From: Candidatus Heimdallarchaeota archaeon
Lineage (GTDB): Archaea > Asgardarchaeota > Heimdallarchaeia > Heimdallarchaeales > Heimdallarchaeaceae
Direction of reading: 5' to 3'
DNA: 64,000 bases
NCBI GenBank assembly: GCA_019057375.1
Contig: DXJF01000011.1
Coordinates: 58,922 to 122,921 of the forward strand
Positions 1 to 9,975 of this stretch are shown piece by piece. The translations under genes and the position numbers were made by a program. The notes beneath the pieces are model-generated. The model was given only the letters and a program-made list of their open reading frames with translations, was not told where the DNA came from and searched no databases. The first letter of the stretch is position 1; every line of letters begins with the position of its first letter.

Positions 1-230
1 GATAATGGTTTCGAATTATACTTGCAATTCTTTCTATCTTTGAAGCCCCTAAAAGATCATTAATGCTTGTAACCTTTTGCTGTTCTCTTTCTTCTTCAGC
101 TGGATCTGTTCCCTCAGATTTTCCTGTAACTAGAGCAAGTGTTGTCTTAAGACTCTCTGTATCTCCAGAAGGTATTCGTATGATCGTTCCATCAGGTAGT
201 TTGATTGTAACCTCTTTAGGCATATTACTC
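1..230 (-). CDS. hypothetical protein, N-terminal part (gene runs off the left edge)
   Basis: My own minus-strand translation from the ATG at 230-228 gives MPKEVTIKLPDGTIIRIPSGDTESLKTTLALVTGKSEG... and stays open to the window edge. The listed + ORF 63..299 is low-complexity and looks like its antisense shadow. Confidence 0.4.
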
Positions 231-455
231 ACTTTATTACTTACAATACTTTTTCAATCTAAGTTTATAAGGATAGATATCATGTTAGACTATTTATAAA
301 CCATTAAAAACTTTAGTAATATCTTAGATTTGTAAGGCAAATATATCTCCCACCCCATTTCTTCCAGTAGAACTGTTTATATTAAAAAATAGATATTTTC
401 CTAATTGAAAAACGAAACATTTATATAATTAGACATTTATTTTCATCTAGGACTA

Positions 456-542
456 TGTACAAATAATATATGTACACATATCTCCATAATATGTACAAAT
501 ATACCTTTTTCCAATAGAAACAAAGGGGGGCGAGTGTGTACA
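456..542 (+). promoter_or_regulatory. four direct TGTACAMAT boxes (candidate operator array)
   Basis: TGTACA occurs at 456, 471, 492 and 537, each followed by (A/C)AT. The array lies 60-150 bp upstream of the ATG at 605. Confidence 0.35.
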
Positions 543-604
543 AATTTTTCACATTCTAGCAGTTCCACAAGTTTAAAATATTTCAATTGTGAATTTTCGA
601 TATC

Positions 605-886
605 ATGGTTACACGAGTGCGTTTTTGTGCGAAGTGTGGAAGACCTGTTCCAAATAAAGCTAGTTACTGCGCAGATTGTACTGCTGATCTAACAGCAGGT
701 ATTCAAGATAGATGTGATATTTGTGGTAAAAGTAAACATATGTCTCCACTAACATACAATACTAGAATTAAGAAAGTTTATTGCAAAGATTGTCTTAACG
801 TCTTTGTTGCTGGACTTAGGAGTAAAGAAATACCTCAGAGAGAAATTAATAAGATGCTAACCAAGGATTTTGTCCCAATTACCTAA
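605..886 (+). CDS. small zinc-ribbon protein
   Basis: CxxC pairs are present: CAKCG...CADC, CDICG...CKDC. The frame is coding-like. Confidence 0.55.
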   Translation: MVTRVRFCAKCGRPVPNKASYCADCTADLTAGIQDRCDICGKSKHMSPLTYNTRIKKVYCKDCLNVFVAGLRSKEIPQREINKMLTKDFVPIT

Positions 887-912
887 TAAACCATAAAATA
901 GCATATTTTTAG

Positions 913-2772
913 TTATGTTCTTTTATTTTTGTAAAGTGAGTTATAAATTTGTTTTAATCCTTTTTTGCTTGCCATTGTTGACCCTATATACCCTGAAAGT
1001 ATAAACCAAACAATTATTCCAAAGAGAAATGCTAGATAATAACCCAATTTTGTGTATGGTACAAGGAAATATCTTGTTATTATTGATCCAAAATAGCTTC
1101 CAAACAATATTCCAGGGACTAGTTGCAGTAGTATTGAATTAACATTTATCTTTGAGATCTTCTTTTTCTCGATACCTAGCTTATACAAAAGTTCATAGTC
1201 TTTCTTATAAGTTAAATAATACAAGAATGCAAACACAATAATTTGAAAGGTAAAAATGCAAAATAGAATTATTCCCAGTATGTCAAACATATATGAAAAG
1301 TTGTCATATTCTTTGATGTTTTCTTCTCTTATTTCGGAAATTTCTCTCATCACGTATCCGTTTGTTTCTACTAAACTTACTATTGTTGAATAAGTAGTTG
1401 AATTAAGATCTTCTAGCAAGATCAGATTTGGACCATTTGATATGGATTCTGTATTCAATTTGCTTATTGGTACATAGACTGTAAAACCTGATGCAAATAC
1501 ATCTAAAGCAACCCCACTTATACCGTACTTACTCGAATTTTCAGTTAGTTCTATTTTCTGCATAGTACTGTTCTCAAAGATTAAGTTATCCAGAGAGTCA
1601 CCTATAACCACTTCACTTGAACCTGGTAAAGAACCCCAGAGCAGCAACTCATCAAAAATACTTGTTTCTTTATATCCTATAATTGTGGCATGAAAAGTTC
1701 TATTGGATCCTACTTGTACATATCCTTCCGGTGTAACATCTAGGGAAGCAACTTCTTGAACATCCAGTTTCGTAAGGAATAGTTTCTTCGCATCAATACC
1801 TGTGCCATCTACATCATTAAGAAAACTTATGTCAAATGAATTATTCTTAAAGAAATTAATATCCTCTAGTTCGCTTATGTATGATTCATTAACATACTCT
1901 TGAGCACCAAAATTTGAACTATAAAAATCTATTATTCCTTTTTGACCTATCACATAGGTACTGTCGTAAAATCTATTGTCTAGATAGTGATTGTACGTTT
2001 CTGCTATTGCAACAGGTCCCAGTGCGAAAGATATTGAGGAAAAAGCCAGAAAAAAACTGAATAGAAAACTTGCCAGGATCTTTCCTGATCTAAGATAATT
2101 CTTACTAGCCAGCTTTTTTACTACTTTAAATTTGCTTAATAACCCGTTAAATTCGAAGATACTCTTATAAGAACTCAGTCTGCTGGAGGAAACTTCGAAA
2201 TTTTTCTCTTCAATGAATTTAATTATTGTGTAATGAGATTTCAGATAAGAAATAATAATTATGGCTATATTTGCTCCTAAGACTGGTATGAACCTAATAT
2301 GATTAAAGAAGAAACTGAATTTGAATGAATAGAAAATTACCGCTAGTAAGATGAGAGCTAGGATTATACCTAATATTAGCATAATAATTGAGGTTAAAAT
2401 TTGATTAAAGATGAAATAACTATATATCCACTTGTTCTTCCCCCCTACGTTTTTCATTATAGCAATATCATCCTTTTGACTCATAAACTTCAAATCGATT
2501 GATCTTGCTGTGACAACTGCTCCGATAACAATACTTACTACAATAAACAGAATTCCCATTATAGTATAGGATTTGTAAAAAACACTGTTCACGGACCAAT
2601 TTAGATAAGGTTTCACTATTGAGAATATGGCAATACTTATCGTTATTGCTGAATATGTTACAATTTGGCTAATGAAAGAAAACATTGATGCAAGAAATGA
2701 TCTCTTAAAACCAATCCACGCAAATTTCATTTGACCTATCATAACATCAACTTCTGATACTTTCTTATTCAA
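913..2772 (-). CDS. ABC transporter permease, FtsX/MacB-like
   Basis: 619 aa with TM helices at both ends flanking a large extracytoplasmic domain. It overlaps the upstream ABC ATPase gene by 8 nt, which indicates an operon. Confidence 0.7.
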   Translation of the reverse strand: MNKKVSEVDVMIGQMKFAWIGFKRSFLASMFSFISQIVTYSAITISIAIFSIVKPYLNWSVNSVFYKSYTIMGILFIVVSIVIGAVVTARSIDLKFMSQKDDIAIMKNVGGKNKWIYSYFIFNQILTSIIMLILGIILALILLAVIFYSFKFSFFFNHIRFIPVLGANIAIIIISYLKSHYTIIKFIEEKNFEVSSSRLSSYKSIFEFNGLLSKFKVVKKLASKNYLRSGKILASFLFSFFLAFSSISFALGPVAIAETYNHYLDNRFYDSTYVIGQKGIIDFYSSNFGAQEYVNESYISELEDINFFKNNSFDISFLNDVDGTGIDAKKLFLTKLDVQEVASLDVTPEGYVQVGSNRTFHATIIGYKETSIFDELLLWGSLPGSSEVVIGDSLDNLIFENSTMQKIELTENSSKYGISGVALDVFASGFTVYVPISKLNTESISNGPNLILLEDLNSTTYSTIVSLVETNGYVMREISEIREENIKEYDNFSYMFDILGIILFCIFTFQIIVFAFLYYLTYKKDYELLYKLGIEKKKISKINVNSILLQLVPGILFGSYFGSIITRYFLVPYTKLGYYLAFLFGIIVWFILSGYIGSTMASKKGLKQIYNSLYKNKRT

Positions 2773-3565
2773 TTGGATCCAGTAATGCTTCTTCTATGAA
2801 TATGTCCTCTTTCCCTCTTTCTAGAGAATCTATTGGACGGTATTCAATTTCTTCACCTTTTCTTCTTTCTTCATGTTCTTCTTCTAGTTCAACTTGTTTC
2901 GATCCTACTCTATACACTAACGTTGCAATTTCATTCATCTTTTGATCATGAGAAGAAACAATAACTGTAATGTCTGTTGTTAAAAAGAGTTCCTCAATTA
3001 AATTACAGAGTTCATCTGCAGACTCTCTATCAAGATTTCCTGTTGGTTCATCTAAAATCAGTATATATGGATCATTTGATAATGCTCTAGCAATAGCGAC
3101 TCTCTTCTTTTCCCCCCCACTAAGTTGTACTGGAAAACTATCTTTTCTGTGGTCTATTCCAAGTTTTTTTAATAGTAAGTCAATTTTTTCCTCTTTACCC
3201 TCTACCTCATAACCACACAGTTCTTGAAAGAGTATAATATTCTCTTTTACTGTTAGAGTTGATACCAAGTTATTTTCTTGAAAAACTATTCCTAGGTAGT
3301 TTGATCTAAAGTCTGACTTCTCTTTTTCCGGTATTAAATCAACATACAATCCTGCTACTTGAATTTCTCCTTCATCAGGGTTCAGTAATCCGGTTAGCAA
3401 GTTGATTAGAGTAGTCTTTCCGCTTCCACTTGGACCATAGAAAAGCACTAATTCATTTCTTTCAATATCCAAATTTATCTTTTCGAAGATCACTATTTCT
3501 TCCCAGAACAATTGAAATTTCTTTGAAACATTACTGAATTTCACAATTAAATCCATATGAAGCAA
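2765..3565 (-). CDS. ABC transporter ATP-binding protein (MacB/LolD-like)
   Basis: Walker A GPSGSGKTT, ABC signature LSGGEKKRVAIARAL, Walker B ILILDEPT. Confidence 0.9.
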   Translation of the reverse strand: MLHMDLIVKFSNVSKKFQLFWEEIVIFEKINLDIERNELVLFYGPSGSGKTTLINLLTGLLNPDEGEIQVAGLYVDLIPEKEKSDFRSNYLGIVFQENNLVSTLTVKENIILFQELCGYEVEGKEEKIDLLLKKLGIDHRKDSFPVQLSGGEKKRVAIARALSNDPYILILDEPTGNLDRESADELCNLIEELFLTTDITVIVSSHDQKMNEIATLVYRVGSKQVELEEEHEERRKGEEIEYRPIDSLERGKEDIFIEEALLDPIE

Positions 3566-3787
3566 CCACTACTAAATCATCGTTAAACCTTTATGAAGAT
3601 ATTTATTTTGAGTAATAAGGCTAAGGAATAAAATGATAGCGAAGTTTCGAAGTGAGACTTTCATCCAAGGCTATATGCCATAAGTCTAGTCCCACACGAG
3701 AAAACTTCGCTGATATACTGTAGCTGTTATTCAATATAAATACATCTTTGAGATATACAAAAAGAAGTTTGTATATTGTTTTTACAA

Positions 3788-4600
3788 TCATACTGTGCTG
3801 AAATCTATGTTGATATGGATAACATTCAGAGTTAGATGAAATGTTTCAGGAGCAATAGGATAAACAATATTTTGAGAAAAATCACTCGTTAATGCAGTCA
3901 TACTCAAGTCGTCATTCCTATCTCCTAAATCATAAGTTTCTGTTATTTGGCTCTCTTTGGTAATCATAATTTTACTTGCTGTGTTAATTATGGGGAAATA
4001 TTCTCCTTGCCCCTCAGCTGTTCTAGTAGTTCTCAAATTAACAATCATGAAATTAATCTCAACTTTGGTATCTGATACCTTTTCAATATTTAAGTAAGCA
4101 CTATAGAATAATTTCAAAACCTTATACCCATCGAATGATTGATGGGCAATATTTGTGATTTGTGTGGTTCTATTAATAGAATAAACAAGTAAGATGGGAC
4201 TTCCAAAATCATAAATTAAACCGCCAGATCCTTTGAAATTTCCTTCAATTCTGTAAAGAACTTCTCCTGAAGAGTATGAATAATTTAGTAGATTATCCCC
4301 ACCTGAAGTAATTATTAGAAAATTTTCTCGTTCTTCTGTCAAATCTAAGACTCCACTATCTAAATTGTATCTAACCACACTTGATGAGTTATCAGGAGCT
4401 GAAATTAACCTTTTAATTTCAGAATCAAATGAGAGGAAAGAATTTGTTGCTGTAATCATATCGCTTTCTGTTTGAAATCTTTCTAGAGACGGAACTATTT
4501 GTGAAAAGGCTAGTCCCAAAGCACTTACCATTACAGTGAAAATAACCAGCGTAGATATAATGTTTGATACTCCTCGCTTTGATCTGATAAGTTTTTTCAT
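3788..4600 (-). CDS. archaeal type IV pilin-like protein (class III signal peptide)
   Basis: The N-terminus KRGVSNIISTLVIFTVMVSALGLAF matches the archaeal prepilin/archaellin-type signal plus hydrophobic helix. Confidence 0.6.
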   Translation of the reverse strand: MKKLIRSKRGVSNIISTLVIFTVMVSALGLAFSQIVPSLERFQTESDMITATNSFLSFDSEIKRLISAPDNSSSVVRYNLDSGVLDLTEERENFLIITSGGDNLLNYSYSSGEVLYRIEGNFKGSGGLIYDFGSPILLVYSINRTTQITNIAHQSFDGYKVLKLFYSAYLNIEKVSDTKVEINFMIVNLRTTRTAEGQGEYFPIINTASKIMITKESQITETYDLGDRNDDLSMTALTSDFSQNIVYPIAPETFHLTLNVIHINIDFSTV

Positions 4601-4663
4601 GTAAGAATAGTTTATTTCTTAGTCTTATTTAATTTTATGGAACTTCTCACTGAAATAATTTCT

Positions 4664-5197
4664 TCATTCTTCTAGTTCAGATATGGTTAGTGTTACCTTA
4701 TCCCCTTCTATCTTAACGAGTGAGTTATCAGCTAGAATTGGTAAAATCCTGTTTTTTAAAGTAACTGCTGGAATTGTAGTTTCCTTATGAAGCTTCTTGA
4801 AAGTTGATTCGTGATTTGGTGATGAAGCTAATGCAACAAGAACATCAATATTTTCTTTTTGACTTGGAATCCATTTTAATATTACTTTAATTGTGAATAT
4901 ATACCCTTCCCGTTCAAATTCTGATTTTTTGATTTGATCCTTTAATGAGTCACACTAATCTTCTAGTGGTTTGAGTTCATCATTTCTCTCTTGTAACTTT
5001 CCGCTTCTTTCCTTGAATAAGTATAACTCATTAGTTAGTTCTTTGACTTTCGAATGAATAGATGACAAATTCTCTTCTGAATCTTGAAACAGAAGAAGCT
5101 TTTCTTTTAGTTCATCTATTTGTTCTTCTGTTCTTCTTGATTCTGAGTCAACAATTTAATCAATTTTTTTTAGTAATTCTCTAATTTCTTCCAACAT
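4664..5197 (-). pseudogene. coiled-coil plus winged-helix protein interrupted by two in-frame stops
   Basis: A single 178-codon frame runs ATG 5197 to TGA 4664 and reads MLEEIRELLKKID*IVDSES...KPLED*CDSLKDQ...KETTIPAVTLKNRILPILADNSLVKIEGDKVTLTISELEE. There is a TAA at 5156-5158 and a TAG at 4955-4957. Confidence 0.55.
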
Positions 5198-5339
5198 TAA
5201 TTCATGTGGAAATATTAGAAGTAAAAAACTTATTGACAAAGAATATCCTGTATTAAACTAGAATTATAGATGTATTATATTTGTAATATGTACCTTTACA
5301 TTTCTTTCCTGAATGCATACTAAACTTTCCATAGTGACC

Positions 5340-6275
5340 TTAGAAGCATTTTACATTTTCACAGTAGTTTCTTATTGCAATAACATTATGAAGATACAAT
5401 TTTTCTATAACAGGCCTTCCAGGATACTCATAATTTTCTAATCTCAATGATCTTAATTTGTCACAAAAGTAACAGTCACATTTAGTTAAAGCATCATCAC
5501 TAAATCTATGTTTAACAAGATTTTTATCTACAAAGTATAGTTCAGAAGTTAAAGCTCTCGCAATTGTACTATCAAATGAATCAATGTTAGCACATCTACC
5601 ATAACATTTGATCTGATCAAGGTTCACTATTCCAAAAGCATGTAAGAAATTTTCCTTTGTAATTTGTCTAGAATATTTTATTGTTTCACAATACAGATTG
5701 TTTTTTCTTTTAATTGGTATGAGTCCTCCTCGAGCAAAAATGGTTATCCCATGATCTTTTTCAAAATCATATAAATTATCCATAGTTTTACTAGTTACTC
5801 CTTGGATTACTCCTATTACCTTGCTCTTTGGAAAGCGGTCTAGAGTTTTTATTACATTTTCTTTCATATTTTTTATTTTCTTTTTTACTATAGTATCAGA
5901 ATCCATGGGTAGAATAATTTCATCAGGGACTACTAGTAAATCAGGGTCCATTAATTCATATCCTTCAAGAACATCGTTAATTGGCAAAGTGATTTTGGAA
6001 TAATCTTGATTAAATGATTTTCCCTTAAAAAATTTAAACCATTCCAGCATGAATATTCCTGTATCCGCAAAAATTTTTGTTTTTTTGGGGAAACCATTTT
6101 CTCTCATTAATTCTTTTAATGTCATAGATTTGCTATGTAGATCATATATAATACTATCATTTCTTAATAGGTCAAAAGCTGTTAATAATATTGATTCAGT
6201 GTAATCCCATTCTATGAAAATTGGATCCCAAAACACTGGATTTGATAAAAAGTAGTGCTTTGGGACATATTCCAT
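5340..6275 (-). CDS. stand-alone tRNA-guanine-transglycosylase-fold protein (DpdA-like/TGT-like)
   Basis: It carries the TGT zinc motif CDCYFC-x25-H, a DTGIFM motif (compare DSGGFQ) and a DSFDS motif (compare FDCV). It is only 311 aa and has no PUA domain. Confidence 0.6.
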   Translation of the reverse strand: MEYVPKHYFLSNPVFWDPIFIEWDYTESILLTAFDLLRNDSIIYDLHSKSMTLKELMRENGFPKKTKIFADTGIFMLEWFKFFKGKSFNQDYSKITLPINDVLEGYELMDPDLLVVPDEIILPMDSDTIVKKKIKNMKENVIKTLDRFPKSKVIGVIQGVTSKTMDNLYDFEKDHGITIFARGGLIPIKRKNNLYCETIKYSRQITKENFLHAFGIVNLDQIKCYGRCANIDSFDSTIARALTSELYFVDKNLVKHRFSDDALTKCDCYFCDKLRSLRLENYEYPGRPVIEKLYLHNVIAIRNYCENVKCF

Positions 6276-6674
6276 AACATCTCACACAGACAGTTAAACC
6301 TGTTTAATACAGATTTTGTATTGCATAATACTGCCTAATTGAATATTTAAAGTTGAGAAAATACCTCTTTCGCCTTCTTTTATCTAGATACTTACTTATG
6401 GTTTGTTTAACTGTTTTTTTCATCTTTCCTAAAATGATATTATTAAGCTGAAAATTTGTTGATAGAATATCACTTTGTAAAACTCCCGACAAAAAATTTA
6501 TCTAACTTAGAATGTCGAAATTGAGCGATTACAGAATGAAATTTCACGTTTTTTGTCGGTGTAAAGCGTACTTTTCGATAGTTCAGCTGTTTCAGCAGAA
6601 AATAATGGTTTAAAAGCTAATTTTTACCGCATCTAGAATAAAAAATACAATAAAAAAACTGTTGAAAAAGTACT

Positions 6675-6890
6675 CTATCTTCTAATCATTTTGTATATTG
6701 AATAAGCTATTCCAAAACTCAGTAAACCAATAGCTGAGTATACAATAGCTGAATAGTTTATTAGAAGTCCTTTGGCTAGAAGTAGAATCAGAAAGGCAAT
6801 TGTAGGTATTCCAATAAAACAATTGAGAATAGCAAATTTACTGATTTTCTTTTTCTCCCTTTCATCTTCGTGATCATAGCTTGGAATCAA
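6675..6890 (-). CDS. small membrane protein (2 TM)
   Basis: Two hydrophobic helices follow an acidic/basic N-terminus. Confidence 0.35.
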   Translation of the reverse strand: MIPSYDHEDEREKKKISKFAILNCFIGIPTIAFLILLLAKGLLINYSAIVYSAIGLLSFGIAYSIYKMIRR

Positions 6891-6959
6891 TTATATCAGT
6901 ATTGCATCTCTTTTATCTTATATATTCCCCACAATTGTTCATACTCTTTGCTTGCTTGA

Positions 6960-8870
6960 TCAACCTTGGAAAAGAAATGGAGATATAACTTCTGTTCCAT
7001 ACTTTTCCTTGGCTTCCAATAATCTTTGTCGTTGTTGTTCTAACTCATTAAAGAATTCTTCAGGAACATCCTTTTCATTTTTGAATATTGCATCTATTCT
7101 TTCAATTTTCTTTAAGAATTTCTGAATTCTGATAGAGAATTCTGCTACATACCTTTCCTTACCATAATCAAAATCAAAAGCTTCTTTGAATAAAGCTTTA
7201 ATATCTTCATATTCTGGAATATGACCTATTGGCGTTTCTATTGCAGAATATTCGCCATGAACTCTCTTTTCTGCCCAAAGTAACCATATTTTTTTATCAA
7301 GAATTTCGTCATAGTATCGTCCCTTTTTATCCTTGAGGAAATAGTTTGTTGAGAATATTTTTGGAACCTTATTTTGTGCAATTCGTCTTCCAAAACCTAG
7401 ATGTGCTTCAAGATACTCTCCTAGAGGAACTACTATGAAATCGAGATTAGCCATTGGTTGATGTTTTCTAACACCTGCTTCCCCTAAAGTTGCAGCTGTT
7501 GTTTCAGATTCTACAGAAGCACCAATATAAACACCATGCTCCCAACTGAAAGATTCATAAACTGGAACAGATGTATCGCTGTCTCTTCCTCCATAAATAA
7601 TAGCTGAAACCTCTACTCCATTAGGATCATGTAATGCTTCATCAACATTTTCTAACTCCTCTAATCTTATTGTATAACGAGCATTTGGGTGTGAAAACTT
7701 GAATTCCTTTCCTTCCTCATTACAACAGAAACCTGCATGCCATTCACCAAGCTTAGACGAAGTCCAGTTCATTCCAGTATCTGGAATAGTTACTTGTTTA
7801 CCCATACCTAGCCAGTATGATTTTCCTTCTGAAACCAATATATTAGAAAAAATAGTTTCTCTTGGTGTCATTAAGCTGTTATAGATAACTGGATCATCTT
7901 TTGGACTAACATCCTTAATGATTCCAAAAATCCCTCTTTCAATATTGACAGCCCTAACCTCACCACTTTCATAGATTCTAAGATAAGCAATGTCATCTCC
8001 AATAATTGTGTTTCCTGGAACCATTGCTGTGCTTGTTTTTCCACATGCGCTTGGAAAAGCTCCAAGGAAGTAAGTTTTTCTACTTTTATCTAATGGCCAG
8101 ATGGCGCTAATGAACATATGTTCAGTTAACCAGTCTTCATGAATTGCTTTGTTTATAGCTAAACGAAGTGCAAGTTTTTTCAAACCTAAACTGTTTCCAG
8201 CATATTGATTGTTAACTGATAGAACTCGATTTTCTTGTAGATCAATGTAAATGCGTCTATTATCAACATTTTTTGTTACATATTTATCTGTTAACTCTCC
8301 TGCTGAGTGAATGAAGTAGAAAAAGTCTTCAGAGTCTTCTAATCTTTTAAATTCTTCATAACCTTGTCTATATAGTAAATCTTCAGAATGAGCTACGTAA
8401 GCTGAATCTGTAATTTGCAAAGCGCAAAGTGAAAATTTTGACTTAGTTGGACCTAGACTGAAGAATCTAATAATAGCAATCTTTCCTTCCATTGCTCCGT
8501 CCATAATTTCTAAAACTTCTTTTAGTCCTTCGTCACGATCAACTGTATTGATATGTTGACCATATTTTTCCTTCTCTCCAGCAGGCACTAAAAGTCGTGT
8601 ATTCTCTTTATCACGAGCTTGATCATAATAACCATCAAAATGTACTGTTTGTCCTTCTAGACCTAATTCTATTTCTTCTTTATTGTCAATCGCTAATTGA
8701 CGTACAAAAGCAATATCCTCTAGTGAATCATCTATAACTTTAGCTTTGGTAGGTTTACAGAGAGTAAGATACTCTTCAATAACTCTTTCAACTTCAGGGT
8801 TTTCTAAAGCTTTAAGCTTTTTCAAATCCTCTTTATCTATCCACTTTTCAAGACTCATTTTACAGTCCAT
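6960..8870 (-). CDS. pckG: phosphoenolpyruvate carboxykinase (GTP)
   Basis: 636 aa with the kinase-1a motif FPSACGKTS and PEPCK-GTP-like blocks throughout. Confidence 0.92.
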   Translation of the reverse strand: MDCKMSLEKWIDKEDLKKLKALENPEVERVIEEYLTLCKPTKAKVIDDSLEDIAFVRQLAIDNKEEIELGLEGQTVHFDGYYDQARDKENTRLLVPAGEKEKYGQHINTVDRDEGLKEVLEIMDGAMEGKIAIIRFFSLGPTKSKFSLCALQITDSAYVAHSEDLLYRQGYEEFKRLEDSEDFFYFIHSAGELTDKYVTKNVDNRRIYIDLQENRVLSVNNQYAGNSLGLKKLALRLAINKAIHEDWLTEHMFISAIWPLDKSRKTYFLGAFPSACGKTSTAMVPGNTIIGDDIAYLRIYESGEVRAVNIERGIFGIIKDVSPKDDPVIYNSLMTPRETIFSNILVSEGKSYWLGMGKQVTIPDTGMNWTSSKLGEWHAGFCCNEEGKEFKFSHPNARYTIRLEELENVDEALHDPNGVEVSAIIYGGRDSDTSVPVYESFSWEHGVYIGASVESETTAATLGEAGVRKHQPMANLDFIVVPLGEYLEAHLGFGRRIAQNKVPKIFSTNYFLKDKKGRYYDEILDKKIWLLWAEKRVHGEYSAIETPIGHIPEYEDIKALFKEAFDFDYGKERYVAEFSIRIQKFLKKIERIDAIFKNEKDVPEEFFNELEQQRQRLLEAKEKYGTEVISPFLFQG

Positions 8871-9002
8871 CTCCTTTAAAACTATATAGTTTCCAAATTA
8901 CCTTCAAATGAATTATGATTATAATTATTCCGCTATGACAACTAAAAAAGAAATTTAAAAAGATGCAATTCTAATTACATTTCGAACTTAACTAAGGATT
9001 AC

Positions 9003-9548
9003 TTATTCATCCTCAAATAGTTCTTTGTATAATTTCATCGAATGGCTTATTGTCTTAAATGCTTCTTCTTTTGAATCCCATCCAACAACTTCAACCTTTT
9101 TTCCATGTTCTAATCCTTTATAGGTTTTGAAGAATTCAGCAATTTCGTTCAGGGTGTGAGGGTATACATCATCTAAACAATAGACTCCATGGAAGAAAGG
9201 ATCCTTGGAAGCAACAGCTAAAATTTTGTCGTCGTGTCCTTTCTCATCTTTCATTCGTATAATACCTATAGGTCGAGAAGTTAGAACACATCCAGTAAAT
9301 GTGGGTTCAGAGATTAGTACTAGAATATCTAAAGCATCTCCATCTTCAAAGTATGTTTGTGGTATTAATCCGTAATCACCGGGAAAATGAACAGCTGAAT
9401 GTAACACACGATCTAAATATAGAATACCATCTTTACCTAATTCGTACTTGTTTCTGTTATTCTTAGGATTTTCAATGATAGCATATACTTCTTCAGGAGG
9501 ATTAGGTCCTGTTTCAATTTTATGCCAGAGAGAATCATTCTTCATCAT
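9003..9548 (-). CDS. ppa: inorganic pyrophosphatase, family I
   Basis: YELGKDG...DRVL...PGDYGLIPQT...DGDALDILVL motifs in a 181-aa protein. Confidence 0.92.
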   Translation of the reverse strand: MMKNDSLWHKIETGPNPPEEVYAIIENPKNNRNKYELGKDGILYLDRVLHSAVHFPGDYGLIPQTYFEDGDALDILVLISEPTFTGCVLTSRPIGIIRMKDEKGHDDKILAVASKDPFFHGVYCLDDVYPHTLNEIAEFFKTYKGLEHGKKVEVVGWDSKEEAFKTISHSMKLYKELFEDE

Positions 9549-9689
9549 ATCTTGTCATTTAACTTAAATTGATTTGAGATAAAAATCTTGCCAATGATAA
9601 GCAATAATTCTTACTTTGGCACATTATTCCTTGGGGCGTTTTAATAGTTTCTTTTAACTATTAGAGTAACCTTTCCTAAGAGTCGATGT

Positions 9690-9764
9690 ATGATGTACAA
9701 TGAAAAAAATGACCCGGATGAAGGAGACGGAGACATTCTCCCCCCAGCATGGTCTCCAGGTTAA
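9690..9764 (+). CDS. acidic mini-protein, family copy 1 (24 aa)
   Basis: MMYNEKNDPDEGDGDILPPAWSPG*. A conserved 58-nt upstream block (9631-9689) contains a GGGGCG-TTTAATAG BRE/TATA-like element. The ORF is below the track cutoff. Confidence 0.5.
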   Translation: MMYNEKNDPDEGDGDILPPAWSPG

Positions 9765-9975
9765 TCCTCCTTCCTTTTTTGTTTTTACTCACTAAACTGC
9801 AATTAAACAACTTCTAAATTGTATTCAATCTTTGTAGATTAAATCAATCGAAGTAAGACTTTATGACTAAAATCTTTCATTACTCACTTTATCATTCTTT
9901 TCTCTTGACATTTTTTCTTTGGGGTGTTTTAATAGTTTTGTTGAACTAGTAGAGTACCCTTTCCAAGAGTGAGAT

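Noticed and set aside
63-299. The + strand 78-aa ORF
   Set aside because: It is low-complexity Ser/Leu-rich and antisense to a better minus-strand frame that starts at 230.
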